Source: Candidatus Hodarchaeota archaeon
Lineage (GTDB): Archaea; Asgardarchaeota; Lokiarchaeia; Sigyniarchaeales; SOKP01
Length of the DNA stretch: 64,000 bases
Direction of reading: 5' to 3'
Assembly (NCBI GenBank): GCA_048886685.1
Contig: JBHLKM010000001.1
Span: 128,001 to 192,000 of the forward strand
Part shown: positions 7,246-17,216 of the stretch, in pieces
Position numbering within the stretch: the stretch's first letter is position 1
How the letters are laid out: each line of letters begins with the position of its first letter
The notes under the pieces: generated by a model
Told to the model about the DNA's origin: nothing
The model's input: only the letters and a program-made list of their open reading frames with translations
The model's database searches: none
Translations under genes and position numbers: made by a program

Positions 7246-7418
7246 TCACCAATATAAAATTTTTTTTTCTCTAATTTAGAAAAAGAAGAATCGATTTTAA
7301 TAGTTAATATAAAAAAAGGTAATCATTTCAACAAAAGAATTAGATAATTTGAAATAACTTAATGTTATAGTATAATATTAAAAATAACTTCAATCATTAT
7401 ATTCAAGCGAATTTAATA

Positions 7419-8588
7419 ATGCATAAAACAGTAATTAACAGCCCATATGCGTTGATTGGGGATAATCTAAATTTAAAGAAGAATGTTTCTGTAGAAATTG
7501 ATAATGGAGGGAAAATCACTAACATATCATATGAAGATCCTGAAGAAAACATTCAACCTTTAAAAAGTAACCAATCTAAATTAATAATCCCTGGCTTAAT
7601 TAACTCTCATGTGCATATCGGTGATAGCTTTGCAAAAGAATTAGGATTTAATAAAGAATTAAGTGAGATTGTAGCACCTCCATTTGGTTTAAAACATAAA
7701 TTGCTGAGACAAACCCCAAAAGAAGTTATAATTATGGGGATCAAAAACGCAGTTTTCGAGATGCTTTCGAACGGAATTACTTGCTTTATAGATTTTAGAG
7801 AAGGGGGTGTTGAAGGCTTAAAACTTCTGAAAAAAGCCTTAGATAATACACTAATAAGTTGTTTAATCTATGGTCGATTTATGGATGAGAGTGAAATAGA
7901 ATTAATTTTTGAGTTAGGTGATGGTGTTGGATTAGCTAGTTATGACCAGATTTCGACTAAGAATAAGGAATATGTTATTAAATCTAAGCATAGTTCAAAA
8001 AAAATGATCGCTTGTCATTGTGCAGAAAAAATTCATGATTCAAATTTATTAGATGATATGTTTAGTGATAAATTAGTTGATGTAATAATCCATGGAACTA
8101 AATTGATTAGAAAAGACCTTATCAAAATTCAAAAAGAGGGAAAGTCTTTAGTTTTATGTCCTCGCTGTAATGGATATTTTGGAGTTGGATTCCCTCCTAT
8201 TACGGAAATATTACAGTTTAAAATTCCTATATCATTAGGAACGGATAATATAATGGTGAATAATTCAGATTTATTTGAAGAAATGCGTTATTTATATCGA
8301 ATCTCGAGAGTATTGGGGAGCCATGATAAAACAATACAATTGACCTCAAGAGAACTCTTAAAAATGGTTACGGTTAATGCAGCCAGAAATTTCCGAATAG
8401 AAAACGAATTTGGATCAATCTCAGAAGGTAAAAGAGCCGATTTCTTTTTAATAGATTTAAAGGGACCAAATTATTATACCAATAACTTAAGTAAAAACAA
8501 TATTTATGATATCATCGTTCAAAGAACTAAATCGGAGAACATTATAAAAACATATATAAAAGGAGATGTCGTATTTGAGAGAAAATGA
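7419..8588 (+). CDS. Metal-dependent amidohydrolase/deaminase (TIM-barrel amidohydrolase superfamily)
   Basis: PGLINSHVHIGD, HCAE, IHGT, LGTDN, GSISEGKRADF. Overlaps the following reductase gene. Confidence 0.85.
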   Translation: MHKTVINSPYALIGDNLNLKKNVSVEIDNGGKITNISYEDPEENIQPLKSNQSKLIIPGLINSHVHIGDSFAKELGFNKELSEIVAPPFGLKHKLLRQTPKEVIIMGIKNAVFEMLSNGITCFIDFREGGVEGLKLLKKALDNTLISCLIYGRFMDESEIELIFELGDGVGLASYDQISTKNKEYVIKSKHSSKKMIACHCAEKIHDSNLLDDMFSDKLVDVIIHGTKLIRKDLIKIQKEGKSLVLCPRCNGYFGVGFPPITEILQFKIPISLGTDNIMVNNSDLFEEMRYLYRISRVLGSHDKTIQLTSRELLKMVTVNAARNFRIENEFGSISEGKRADFFLIDLKGPNYYTNNLSKNNIYDIIVQRTKSENIIKTYIKGDVVFERK

Positions 8589-9240
8589 AAAACCGTATAT
8601 TATATTAAACGCAGCTATGACGATAGATGGAAAAATTGCATCAAAATCGGGTGATCCTGAACTCTCAGATGAGGAAGATTGGAAGGAGGTTCATAAACTT
8701 CGGACTCAAGTTGATGCTATTATGGTCGGAAAGGGCACAATTTTAAAAGATAACCCAAAGCTGCATATTAAATTTTATGACCATACAGGATACTACAGAA
8801 TTGTCGTAGATAGTAATCTTACCATTCCAATTGAATCCAATGTCATTTCTTTTGAACCAGAAATATATCCTACTATTATATGTACAACAGAAAATACATC
8901 ACCTAAAAAAGTAAGGAAATATGAAGAAAAAAAAGTTAAAGTCATCCAATCGGGAAAAGGAGAACAAGTAGATTTGAGAAAACTCATGCCACTTCTAAAG
9001 GAATTTGGAATTAATACTATTTTACTAGAAGGAGGGGGAAATTTAAACTGGAGTTTTATTAAAAATGATTTGATTGATGAAATCAGGTTGACTGTGGCAC
9101 CGTGGATTGTTGGTGGGAAAGAAGCAACTAGCCTGGTGGAAGGAATAGGTTTTAATACAATGAAGGAAGCAAAAAGATTTGATTTAATTGAAGTGAGAAA
9201 GAGAAATAATTATATTAATTTATTTTATAGAAAGAATTAG
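8566..9240 (+). CDS. arfC: 2,5-diamino-6-(ribosylamino)-4(3H)-pyrimidinone 5'-phosphate reductase (RibD-C/Rib7 family)
   Basis: AMTIDGKIA, VHKLR..VDAIMVGKGTILKDNPKL, LLEGGG, LIDEIRLTVAP; no deaminase domain. Confidence 0.88.
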   Translation: MSYLRENEKPYIILNAAMTIDGKIASKSGDPELSDEEDWKEVHKLRTQVDAIMVGKGTILKDNPKLHIKFYDHTGYYRIVVDSNLTIPIESNVISFEPEIYPTIICTTENTSPKKVRKYEEKKVKVIQSGKGEQVDLRKLMPLLKEFGINTILLEGGGNLNWSFIKNDLIDEIRLTVAPWIVGGKEATSLVEGIGFNTMKEAKRFDLIEVRKRNNYINLFYRKN

Positions 9241-10361
9241 TGATGAGTCAAGAAGATATAAGAATTTTTAAAAATTTTACTCTAAGAAAATTAAGAGAAA
9301 AGGTTGGGGATATAAAATCTCAATTACCAGAAGATAATCGAAATCTAATTACATATTCAAAAAATTTCACATTGTCACTCTCAAATTATTGTCAAAATTT
9401 CTGTGGTTATTGTTTTTACAACTATCGAATTCCTAAAATTGGGAAAGGAAATGTTGTATTACTTGGAAGCGAGCAGATAAAAGAGTTAATTCAGATGAGC
9501 CTTCTTTATAAATGTAAAGAAGCCTTAATTATGTCAGGTGAAAAAGCAGATGAATTTAGAGAAGTTAAAGATGAATTAAAAAAGAGGGATTTTGATAATT
9601 TTATTGAATTTGTTACAGACATTTCTATTTATTTACTAGAATTTAACCTATTACCCCATACAAATATTGGAATCCTTAATTTTGACGAGTTAAAACACCT
9701 AAAGAATTATAACGCCAGTATGGGTCTAATGCTTGAGAGTACTAGTTTGAAATTATTCGAGAAAGGTGGTGTTCATGAGAGATCACCAGGGAAAATCCCT
9801 GAACTCCGAATACAACATATAAATAATGCAGGCAAATTAAAGATACCTTTTACTACGGGGTTACTTTTAGGAATTGGGGAGTCTTTAGATGATAGAATAA
9901 AAGATTTGTATTTAATTAAAGAAATCCACGACTCTTATGGCCACATTCAAGAGGTGATTATTCAGAATTTTATTGAAAAACCAGGAATTCCATATAACCC
10001 AAAAAAAGCAATTAAAATTGAAGATATTTTAAGAGTTGTTGGTATTGCGAAAATTATATTTAAAAATGAAATTGCTATTCAAGTTCCACCAAATCTAATA
10101 TCTGGATATGAAAAAGAATTTATTGAAATGGGGATAGATGATTTTGGTGGAATTTCACCAATTACTTTTGATTATATTAATCCAGAAAACCAATGGCCTC
10201 AAATTAATGAAATAAAGAATATTTGCGAGTCTAACGGTTATTTACTCAAAGAAAGGCTCCCAATTTATGATAAATATATTAAAAAAAAAGGTTTTTGCTC
10301 GGAAAATATTAAAAAAACTATAGATAATATAAATATTAATGATGGCTTCTCAGATGTTTAA
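9240..10361 (+). CDS. cofG: FO synthase subunit CofG (radical SAM)
   Basis: ITYSKN, CQNFCGYC, LPHTNIG, SMGLMLE, H..SPGK.P..R, PFTTGLLLGIGE, GHIQEVIIQNF, QVPPNL, DFGGISP..DYINPE..WP. Confidence 0.9.
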   Translation: MMSQEDIRIFKNFTLRKLREKVGDIKSQLPEDNRNLITYSKNFTLSLSNYCQNFCGYCFYNYRIPKIGKGNVVLLGSEQIKELIQMSLLYKCKEALIMSGEKADEFREVKDELKKRDFDNFIEFVTDISIYLLEFNLLPHTNIGILNFDELKHLKNYNASMGLMLESTSLKLFEKGGVHERSPGKIPELRIQHINNAGKLKIPFTTGLLLGIGESLDDRIKDLYLIKEIHDSYGHIQEVIIQNFIEKPGIPYNPKKAIKIEDILRVVGIAKIIFKNEIAIQVPPNLISGYEKEFIEMGIDDFGGISPITFDYINPENQWPQINEIKNICESNGYLLKERLPIYDKYIKKKGFCSENIKKTIDNININDGFSDV

Positions 10362-11469
10362 TGAGATAAAACGAGAAATAAAGGTAATTCTAGAGAAAGC
10401 ATTAAATAACACTGAAATTTCCTCTGAAGAAGCATTAAAACTATTAAATGTTCATGGGAAAGAATTTTTCGCATTACAATATACAGCAAATGAAATTTGT
10501 TTTAAAAAAAAAGAAGATATAGTAACGTTTGTTGTTAATCGAAATATTAATTTTACAAATGTATGCTTTCAAGGGTGCAAATTCTGCTCATTTAGTTTAC
10601 CAGCTAATCATGAAGATGCTTTCTTACTTACTTTAGGTGAGATTAGAGATCGAGTTATTGAAGCTAAAAAATCAAATTGTTCAGAAGTTTGCATACAGGG
10701 GGGAATAAATCCTGATTTAAAGTTTGACTTCTATTTAGATATTCTCAAGGTGGTAAAAGAAGTTGATAAAGATATGCATACTCATGCTTTTTCTCCACAA
10801 GAAATTTTCTTTATGTCAAAATTATATGGGACTTCAGTAGAGAACACTTTAAAGGAACTAAAAATGGCAGGATTAGATTCGATTCCTGGAACTGCGGCAG
10901 AAATTTTAGTTGATCATGTTCGCAAAGTTATTTGCCCCAACAAAGTTTCCACTCAACAATGGATTGATATCATCACTACGGCACATAATTTAGGTATTCC
11001 AACAACATCAACAATTATGTATGGGCACATTGAAGCTGATAAAGACAGAATTGAACACTTAAATGTTTTGAGAGAAATTCAGAAAGAAACAAAAGGCTTC
11101 ACAGAATTAGTACCTTTACCCTTTGTAAAAGAAAATCCTATTTTATCGAGGCTAGAAGCACATCCTTTGAAACCTAGTTATGGGATGGCAGATTTGAAAT
11201 TATTTTGCGTATCACGATTATTTTTAAATAATCATATAGACAATTTACAATGTTCTTGGCCAAAATTAGGTCCAAAATTTGCTCAAGTCTCTTTAAATTA
11301 CGGGGTAAACGATTTTGGTGGAACTTTGATTGAAGAAAATATATCTAAAAGTGCAGGAGCCGAATACGGTGAATATCTTCCTGCAGAAGAGATTATTAAA
11401 ATTATTCAAAATGCAGGAAAGCACCCTGCACGAAGAGATACCTTGTATAATATCATGAAATATTATTAG
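10339..11469 (+). CDS. cofH: FO synthase subunit CofH (radical SAM)
   Basis: VTFVVNRNINFTNVC...CKFC, HAFSPQEI, PGTAAEIL, TSTIMYGH, GFTELVPLPF, NDFGGTLIEENIS..AGA. Adjacent to cofG. Confidence 0.9.
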   Translation: MMASQMFNEIKREIKVILEKALNNTEISSEEALKLLNVHGKEFFALQYTANEICFKKKEDIVTFVVNRNINFTNVCFQGCKFCSFSLPANHEDAFLLTLGEIRDRVIEAKKSNCSEVCIQGGINPDLKFDFYLDILKVVKEVDKDMHTHAFSPQEIFFMSKLYGTSVENTLKELKMAGLDSIPGTAAEILVDHVRKVICPNKVSTQQWIDIITTAHNLGIPTTSTIMYGHIEADKDRIEHLNVLREIQKETKGFTELVPLPFVKENPILSRLEAHPLKPSYGMADLKLFCVSRLFLNNHIDNLQCSWPKLGPKFAQVSLNYGVNDFGGTLIEENISKSAGAEYGEYLPAEEIIKIIQNAGKHPARRDTLYNIMKYY

Positions 11470-11472
11470 GCA

Positions 11473-13329
11473 TTACTGAGTTTGTAAATAATCTAAAATA
11501 TAGCGTTGTGCAATCAGATCTGTATTAACCATGCCTAATACTTTTCCTTTTATTACTACTGGCATCGCAGAAATCTGATATTGCTCTAGTTCTCGAACAA
11601 TATCTACAATAGAAAAATCAGGAGATGCCGTAATAACATTCTTCGTCATAATTTTCTCAAGAATAACGTCACATTTATTAGATGCAACTGCTGCAGTTAT
11701 ATCCCAATCTGTCACAACTCCTACGAGTTTATCCTCGGAAAGGACTGCTATTATTCCACTGTTTTCTTGTATCATTAATTCAGCAGCTTCTTGGATACTG
11801 CTATCTACATTAATAGTTGGTATTGATATCATAATATCTTTTGCAGTACGTTCGCTTTCCTTTGCATTTAAACGTTGGAGACTAATACGTTCGGCTGCTG
11901 TGCTAGGAAGCATATCTGGATTTGCAGCTAACAAATCCACTAATTCAATCATATTATGATGAACTACATCTTCTCTATATTCTTCTCCCGCTAATAAACG
12001 ATGTTTTGAAAGTTCAGCAAAATTTTCTGAATGATCCTTCAGCCATTTTTCTACGGCATCAGGATTCCCTAACATTTCTTCAGGTATTTGTAATTGGTCA
12101 GGTGATTTGATGAGATGTTCTTGAGCTGCAAAAATAACACCCCCAGAATTAACTAAATAATCGTTAGCAATCATGACTCCCTTTTCTCTATACACTATTT
12201 GTTCCATTCTTGTTCGTGCTGCCTTTCTATTAGGATCTGGGCTATAAGTATTAGCGCCTTCTATTATCAATGACCATTTACCCATTCGATCAACAACCAT
12301 CGAAGGAGATTCAGAGGCACGAACTCCTAAATAATTAAAAATTGGTGCTGCAGGGATTAAACAAAAGGCATTTTCAAGAAGTAAATTATTTGCATTTGTT
12401 GAAAACTTAGTAGGATGTTTGTATCCCTCCGAAATTATTTCTTCTTTGAAAAAATTACTGGTTACTATGCTTTTTTCTTCCCATAATTTAAAAAGACTTC
12501 CAACCGGTAATCCAGATGCATTATACAAATAACCTTCTAAATCACTTATACCTATTACTTTTGCAGCAGGAATTCTTTCGTTTAATATCCGAGCAGCATG
12601 AGCCCCTACTGCTCCAAAACCTTGAATCAAAAGTTTTAGATCTTCAGCATCTGGAATTTCAAGATTAGCAAACTGAGGTAAGACTCTTAATCGGGGCATT
12701 ATTTCTAGTAATGTTTGAAGTGCAATTACAACACCACCAGCAGCAGCTCCTAATTCATCTATGCGATTTCCTCCCATTTCAACAGGTTTAGAGAGAGCAT
12801 TATCCAATCCATTTTCTATGGCAATAGTCTTCATATCTGCATCATTGGTACCCACATCAGGTCCAGGTAGATAGATATCTATATAACGACGAATTAATCG
12901 TGCAAAACCGCGTATTACTTGATTATGATCCTTTGGAGAGAGATCAATATCAGTAACTATCCCCGATTTCCCACCACCATAAGGTAAATTTGCGGCAGCA
13001 TTTTTTAAAGTCATACCCCGAGCTAAATTATGTATATCAGAAGGGTTTATATCAGGAAGCATTCTTATACCCCCCATACTTGGTTTTCCCATACTCAAAT
13101 TATCTACTATCAAATATCCACCAATTTCTAGAGGTGAATCTTCATCCCAAATACAAGAAACAATATATGGGCCTAATTTATCGGCAACTATTCCAAGTCG
13201 AGATAAAAGATGCTCATCTACGTTGCTGAATTCTAAATAACATTTCCCATTATCCTTTTTAAGCCTTGTTTTAAGAGTAGCTTCTGGTAACCTTTCTTTA
13301 AGAAATAAGTCCATTTTCTTTGGAATCAT
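11473..13329 (-). CDS. Glu/Leu/Phe/Val dehydrogenase fused to a C-terminal CBS-domain pair
   Basis: GGIRM, LARGMTLKNAAANLPYGGGKSG, PGPDVGT, IQGFGAVG, EGAN, DYLVNSGGV; C-terminal CBS repeats (TAKDIM...LVGVVTDWDI...IMTKNVITASPD...MPVV..GKVLGMV). Confidence 0.88.
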   Translation of the reverse strand: MIPKKMDLFLKERLPEATLKTRLKKDNGKCYLEFSNVDEHLLSRLGIVADKLGPYIVSCIWDEDSPLEIGGYLIVDNLSMGKPSMGGIRMLPDINPSDIHNLARGMTLKNAAANLPYGGGKSGIVTDIDLSPKDHNQVIRGFARLIRRYIDIYLPGPDVGTNDADMKTIAIENGLDNALSKPVEMGGNRIDELGAAAGGVVIALQTLLEIMPRLRVLPQFANLEIPDAEDLKLLIQGFGAVGAHAARILNERIPAAKVIGISDLEGYLYNASGLPVGSLFKLWEEKSIVTSNFFKEEIISEGYKHPTKFSTNANNLLLENAFCLIPAAPIFNYLGVRASESPSMVVDRMGKWSLIIEGANTYSPDPNRKAARTRMEQIVYREKGVMIANDYLVNSGGVIFAAQEHLIKSPDQLQIPEEMLGNPDAVEKWLKDHSENFAELSKHRLLAGEEYREDVVHHNMIELVDLLAANPDMLPSTAAERISLQRLNAKESERTAKDIMISIPTINVDSSIQEAAELMIQENSGIIAVLSEDKLVGVVTDWDITAAVASNKCDVILEKIMTKNVITASPDFSIVDIVRELEQYQISAMPVVIKGKVLGMVNTDLIAQRYILDYLQTQ

Positions 13330-13489
13330 AATTTCCTAGCCTTTAAGATATTTTAATTAGATAAACAATTAGAATATTTATCTTAGCATTTTTTTTTAAG
13401 AATTCATTATTAATTATATTTTCACTTTTCTTATGTTCATTTAGTAATTTTTATTAAAATCAAAACATTTTACCACTAAGAATTAACTA

Positions 13490-13792
13490 TTGGTGGTTAT
13501 TATCCCTATAAGTTTAATTGCAACAGTAAAAGTAAGAGAAGGAAATATGGAGAAAGCTAAAGAAGTTCTAAAGAAGTTAGTTCCTAAGATAAAAGAATCT
13601 GAGCCTGGAACATTAGAATATATTCCACACACAGTGAGACAGGATCCAAATATTATAATATTTTATGAGAAATATGCTGATGAGGAAGCACTGAAGACGC
13701 ACAGTGCTAATTTAGGTAAAAATATGGCGGAACTTGGCCCTTTATTAGTTCCTGAAAGACCAGATATAAAAAATCTCAAAGAAATTCTCTAA
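13490..13792 (+). CDS. ABM-domain (putative quinol monooxygenase-like) protein
   Basis: Dimeric alpha/beta barrel pattern: IATVKV.EG...EPGTLEY...DPN.IIFYEKYADEEAL..H. Confidence 0.8.
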   Translation: MVVIIPISLIATVKVREGNMEKAKEVLKKLVPKIKESEPGTLEYIPHTVRQDPNIIIFYEKYADEEALKTHSANLGKNMAELGPLLVPERPDIKNLKEIL

Positions 13793-13813
13793 CTCATATC
13801 TCTTTTTTTTTAT

Positions 13814-15385
13814 TTATTCATCCTGGATATATGGTTTTCCAAGGGATAAACAAATTTCGGCTTTTTTTAGTTCTCGTCCTAAATAAGTTAGATGATATAT
13901 ATCAGCAGTTAAATTACAATTAATAACTGTCTTATTAATAGTTTCAGCATTGTCTCCAATAATAGTCTCAAGTAACTCGTCTTCATTTGAATAAAAAAGG
14001 ACATAAATTTTTTTAGTATAACTATTTGTATAAATTCTAAAATAACCCCTATCGTCTGGAGAGTATTCAGGTATTAATTGCTCCATCAGAATTGATTTTG
14101 AAATGTCAATTTTAGGCATTTTTTGACTAGTCTTTCCTTTCGCTTTAAAAACTGAAATACCTTGATTTATGGGGGGAGTCTTTTTATGATTTGCTACATA
14201 GTTTAACTTGACACTTTCTTTCAATTCTCTAACGCCTCCTATTAATTTTGTACTATGTTCAACAGTAAAGAGGATCCCTATATCTAATTCAATTGCTATA
14301 CTTGCTAAAAGACCATTAATCCCTACAGAATCAATATCCATTAACTCAACTACATTTGAAACTCCAAAAAAAAGTGGAACTTCGAGTTTTTCATATTTTT
14401 CTTGTTTAATTTGCTTTTTATAAAGAAAATAGGTGTTCAATGAATTAGAAATACCTGGGTGAATAGGAGTTTCTAACAACGGATCAGCAATTAATTTCTT
14501 GAATCCATTATCTTGTAGAAGCTTTGTTAGTTTCAATAAATTTTTTACACGAATTTCTGGTTCTTTAGGAAAATAAGCTTTTTTTAAGTTAGTGGGAAGT
14601 ATAACAACTGGAATGTCCTTAGGAATATTTATAAATTCTTTATAGGTCCCCAAATCTAAACTTAAAATGAGATCAATATCCTTATCGATAGCCGTGTTGA
14701 TCTCTTTACTATCCATTGAGTCAATACTTAAGAGAACATCATATTTTGTTCTAATAAGATTGATTATATCTCTTACTCTTTCTGGATTGGGCTTATTCGA
14801 AACGCACCCGATGTCTATGATATCTGCTCCAGATTCGATATAGTATCCAACTTTTTTGAGTATGTTTTCATCATCTTTCGTCGTGCAATTAACTATTTCA
14901 GCAATAATAGGAGGGGGTAAATTTTTACCAATTATTAGATCTGATTTGTTCTTTCTAATGTAAAAAGTGTGATTTCCAATCTCATTTTTGCTTAACTCTA
15001 ATTGCTTCTTAACAGCTTCATGATATTCATTTTCACCCGATATTTCTAATAACCTATTTGCAGGTATACTATTAGAGAGATCTACTTTATCCAAATTATT
15101 TAAGCTTATAGGTAAATCAGAGGCAAATTCAGGTCCTTTTCTAATTTTAACTGAAAAACGTTTTTCTAAATTACCTGAATCCCATTGTATGAATCCAGGT
15201 AATAAAATCATATTGAAATTTGAAATTTCGGTACTTTCTAATATTTCGGAGGTAATAGTTTCAGTTAAAAAAGCAGATATCGTTACTGGTGCTTTTACAA
15301 TAGTGATATCATGTTCTTCTATAGTATTAACAATATTTTCTATTATTTCATAACTATTTTGACCAGTGATTATTAAAATTTTAAT
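13814..15385 (-). CDS. Dihydropteroate synthase-like protein (archaeal MJ0107/Orf20-type, DUF4346-like C-terminus); frame extends 58 codons upstream of the track start (15211) to an ATT
   Basis: PPPIIAEI, GADIIDIG, SIDS, ADPLL, FFGVSNVVELMDIDSVGIN, D..GYFRI, H..YLGRELKKAE...Y.QD. The upstream in-frame segment reads IKILIITGQNSYEIIENIV..., the family-like N-terminus. Confidence 0.8.
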   Translation of the reverse strand: MKILIITGQNSYEIIENIVNTIEEHDITIVKAPVTISAFLTETITSEILESTEISNFNMILLPGFIQWDSGNLEKRFSVKIRKGPEFASDLPISLNNLDKVDLSNSIPANRLLEISGENEYHEAVKKQLELSKNEIGNHTFYIRKNKSDLIIGKNLPPPIIAEIVNCTTKDDENILKKVGYYIESGADIIDIGCVSNKPNPERVRDIINLIRTKYDVLLSIDSMDSKEINTAIDKDIDLILSLDLGTYKEFINIPKDIPVVILPTNLKKAYFPKEPEIRVKNLLKLTKLLQDNGFKKLIADPLLETPIHPGISNSLNTYFLYKKQIKQEKYEKLEVPLFFGVSNVVELMDIDSVGINGLLASIAIELDIGILFTVEHSTKLIGGVRELKESVKLNYVANHKKTPPINQGISVFKAKGKTSQKMPKIDISKSILMEQLIPEYSPDDRGYFRIYTNSYTKKIYVLFYSNEDELLETIIGDNAETINKTVINCNLTADIYHLTYLGRELKKAEICLSLGKPYIQDE

Positions 15386-16472
15386 CTAGATCACGTATCC
15401 ACTTTTCTTTTTCAAATGGGATAAATATATCATCCAAAATTGAACCTGAAGCTTGCTTTATTTTTAAATTATCAATTACTGGTTCAAGTTCACCACCTGA
15501 TATTCCATTGGCAATAAAAGCAGCACCTTGAGCAGCACGTTTTGCTATTTGACTGTATGATCTCATTATTCTTACAGGAGCGACATCGTTTAATCCATGA
15601 ATCATTTTTTCTTTTAAATAAGATAAGTTTGCCCCTCTCCCCGCCAATAATACTTCATTAATTTTTTCTTTTTTTGAGAATGATGAGGAAATGCCAAAGA
15701 CAGCTTTTTTCACACTTGAGATATAGGCTTTAAGAGCTGTTTTAGTCTGCTCATCTTTTTCAGCTAAGAGTGCAATTTCCTTTAAACTCAAATTAGAATA
15801 GCCAGCAATAAAAGATACTCCACCTTTATAAATATTATTCTTATTAATATGTTTAATTAAATAAGCTAATTCACCATCAAGTGAACCACAAGCTCTAAAA
15901 CCCATTATATTACTTCCTCCAATGCCATCTATAATTTGACCATTTTCTATTGCAAGTACAGCAGTAAATCCATACCCAATTTCAACCATGATGAAGTTAG
16001 TATTTTCTGGAGCAATTTCAAATCGTTCCATTTGATCTTTGATTCCTGTTACTGCTGTACATATTTTATCTGCAGTACCCATATCAATCTTATTAATTTT
16101 ACGATATTTAGGAACGGTGGGGAGATGTTTAACCCCAGGAACAATGATTCCGGGCACTCTTTGGGCTTTTATTAAACGTAAAACCTCTCCAAGACCCAAA
16201 AGCTTATTTTTTTCTTTCTGTTCAAATTTTAATAATGTGAAAAAGATATCTTGCTCGGTTAATTCATGAACATTTTTTAATGGAAGTCCAAAACCACTTG
16301 GGGCGACCATCATATTTAAATTTTCGACAGAATCAATAATTGTCATTACTTTTTGAGGATCACTAATTACATCTTTCGTAGGCAATGAAGTATCCAGAAT
16401 AATCTCATTATCCTCCAAACCGAAAAAATCCCAACTCTTCGAACCAGGGTCTATCCCAAGAACTCTAAGCAA
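15381..16472 (-). CDS. DUF1464 family protein (ASKHA/acetate-butyrate-kinase-like fold)
   Basis: RVLGIDPGSKSWD, APSGFGLP, PGVKHLPTVP..RKINKIDMGTADK, GQIIDGIGG, G.LDGELAYL, AKRAAQGAA.IA. Confidence 0.85.
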   Translation of the reverse strand: MLRVLGIDPGSKSWDFFGLEDNEIILDTSLPTKDVISDPQKVMTIIDSVENLNMMVAPSGFGLPLKNVHELTEQDIFFTLLKFEQKEKNKLLGLGEVLRLIKAQRVPGIIVPGVKHLPTVPKYRKINKIDMGTADKICTAVTGIKDQMERFEIAPENTNFIMVEIGYGFTAVLAIENGQIIDGIGGSNIMGFRACGSLDGELAYLIKHINKNNIYKGGVSFIAGYSNLSLKEIALLAEKDEQTKTALKAYISSVKKAVFGISSSFSKKEKINEVLLAGRGANLSYLKEKMIHGLNDVAPVRIMRSYSQIAKRAAQGAAFIANGISGGELEPVIDNLKIKQASGSILDDIFIPFEKEKWIRDLD

Positions 16473-16703
16473 TGATGATCAGACTAAAATTATAAGTATA
16501 ATTTAAGAAGTCAATATTTCTTCTTATATTCTTTTTTTTTATTAATTGCATTTAAGGTGGAGTCATTTTAAATATTTATAATGAATCATATCTAATTTTA
16601 GGAATTAAGTTAAAAATATAAAAACTGTAAAATTTTTAATTATTAAGTCAACTTTTAAAAAATATAAAACAAGGGGTGAATAGAGATTTTTGTAAAGGTA
16701 TAT

Positions 16704-17216
16704 GTGTGTAAAATATGTGGAGAAGCTTATATTGGAGAGGAAGCACCAAGTCGCTGTCCATTTTGTGGAGCTTTCGAAAAATATTTTGTAGAATCAACAG
16801 AATATGATGATACAGGTGCTTGGGATGTAGAATTAAATGAAAAAGATAAAAAGAATGCTGAAAAAGCTTTAGAAGTAGAGATATCGAATAACATTTTTTA
16901 TAACTGTGCTAGTAAAAAGACTCCCGAATTAGATGGTCAGAAGTTATTTAAAATCCTTGCTAAAGTCGAAGCTGAACATGCATCAGTTTGGAAGAAAATA
17001 TTGAAGCTCGACAAGGTAGAATTCCCAAAATACGATGAATGTGCTGCTGAATATAAGCCGAATCTAGAGGAATCTCATAGTAGAGAAGATAGAGCTATAA
17101 AATTTTATGGTCAGGCAGCAGCGGAGGCTAAAAATCCACGAGTTAAGGAGATTTTTGAAGCTTTTGTTGAAGTTGAAACGGATCATTTACACCTTTCTGA
17201 GGAAAGACTCAAGTAA
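16704..17216 (+). CDS. Rubrerythrin-like protein (N-terminal rubredoxin-type CxxC/CPxC + ferritin-like di-iron domain); true start probably upstream near 16686
   Basis: CKICG...CPFCG; E..N..FY, E.EH, E..A..FY and E.DH di-iron motifs. Confidence 0.88.
   Translation: MCKICGEAYIGEEAPSRCPFCGAFEKYFVESTEYDDTGAWDVELNEKDKKNAEKALEVEISNNIFYNCASKKTPELDGQKLFKILAKVEAEHASVWKKILKLDKVEFPKYDECAAEYKPNLEESHSREDRAIKFYGQAAAEAKNPRVKEIFEAFVEVETDHLHLSEERLK

Noticed and set aside
10339-11469. MqnC/MqnE (futalosine pathway) instead of CofH
   Set aside because: Overlap with a clear cofG and the NDFGGTL.EENIS..AGA motif favour CofH.
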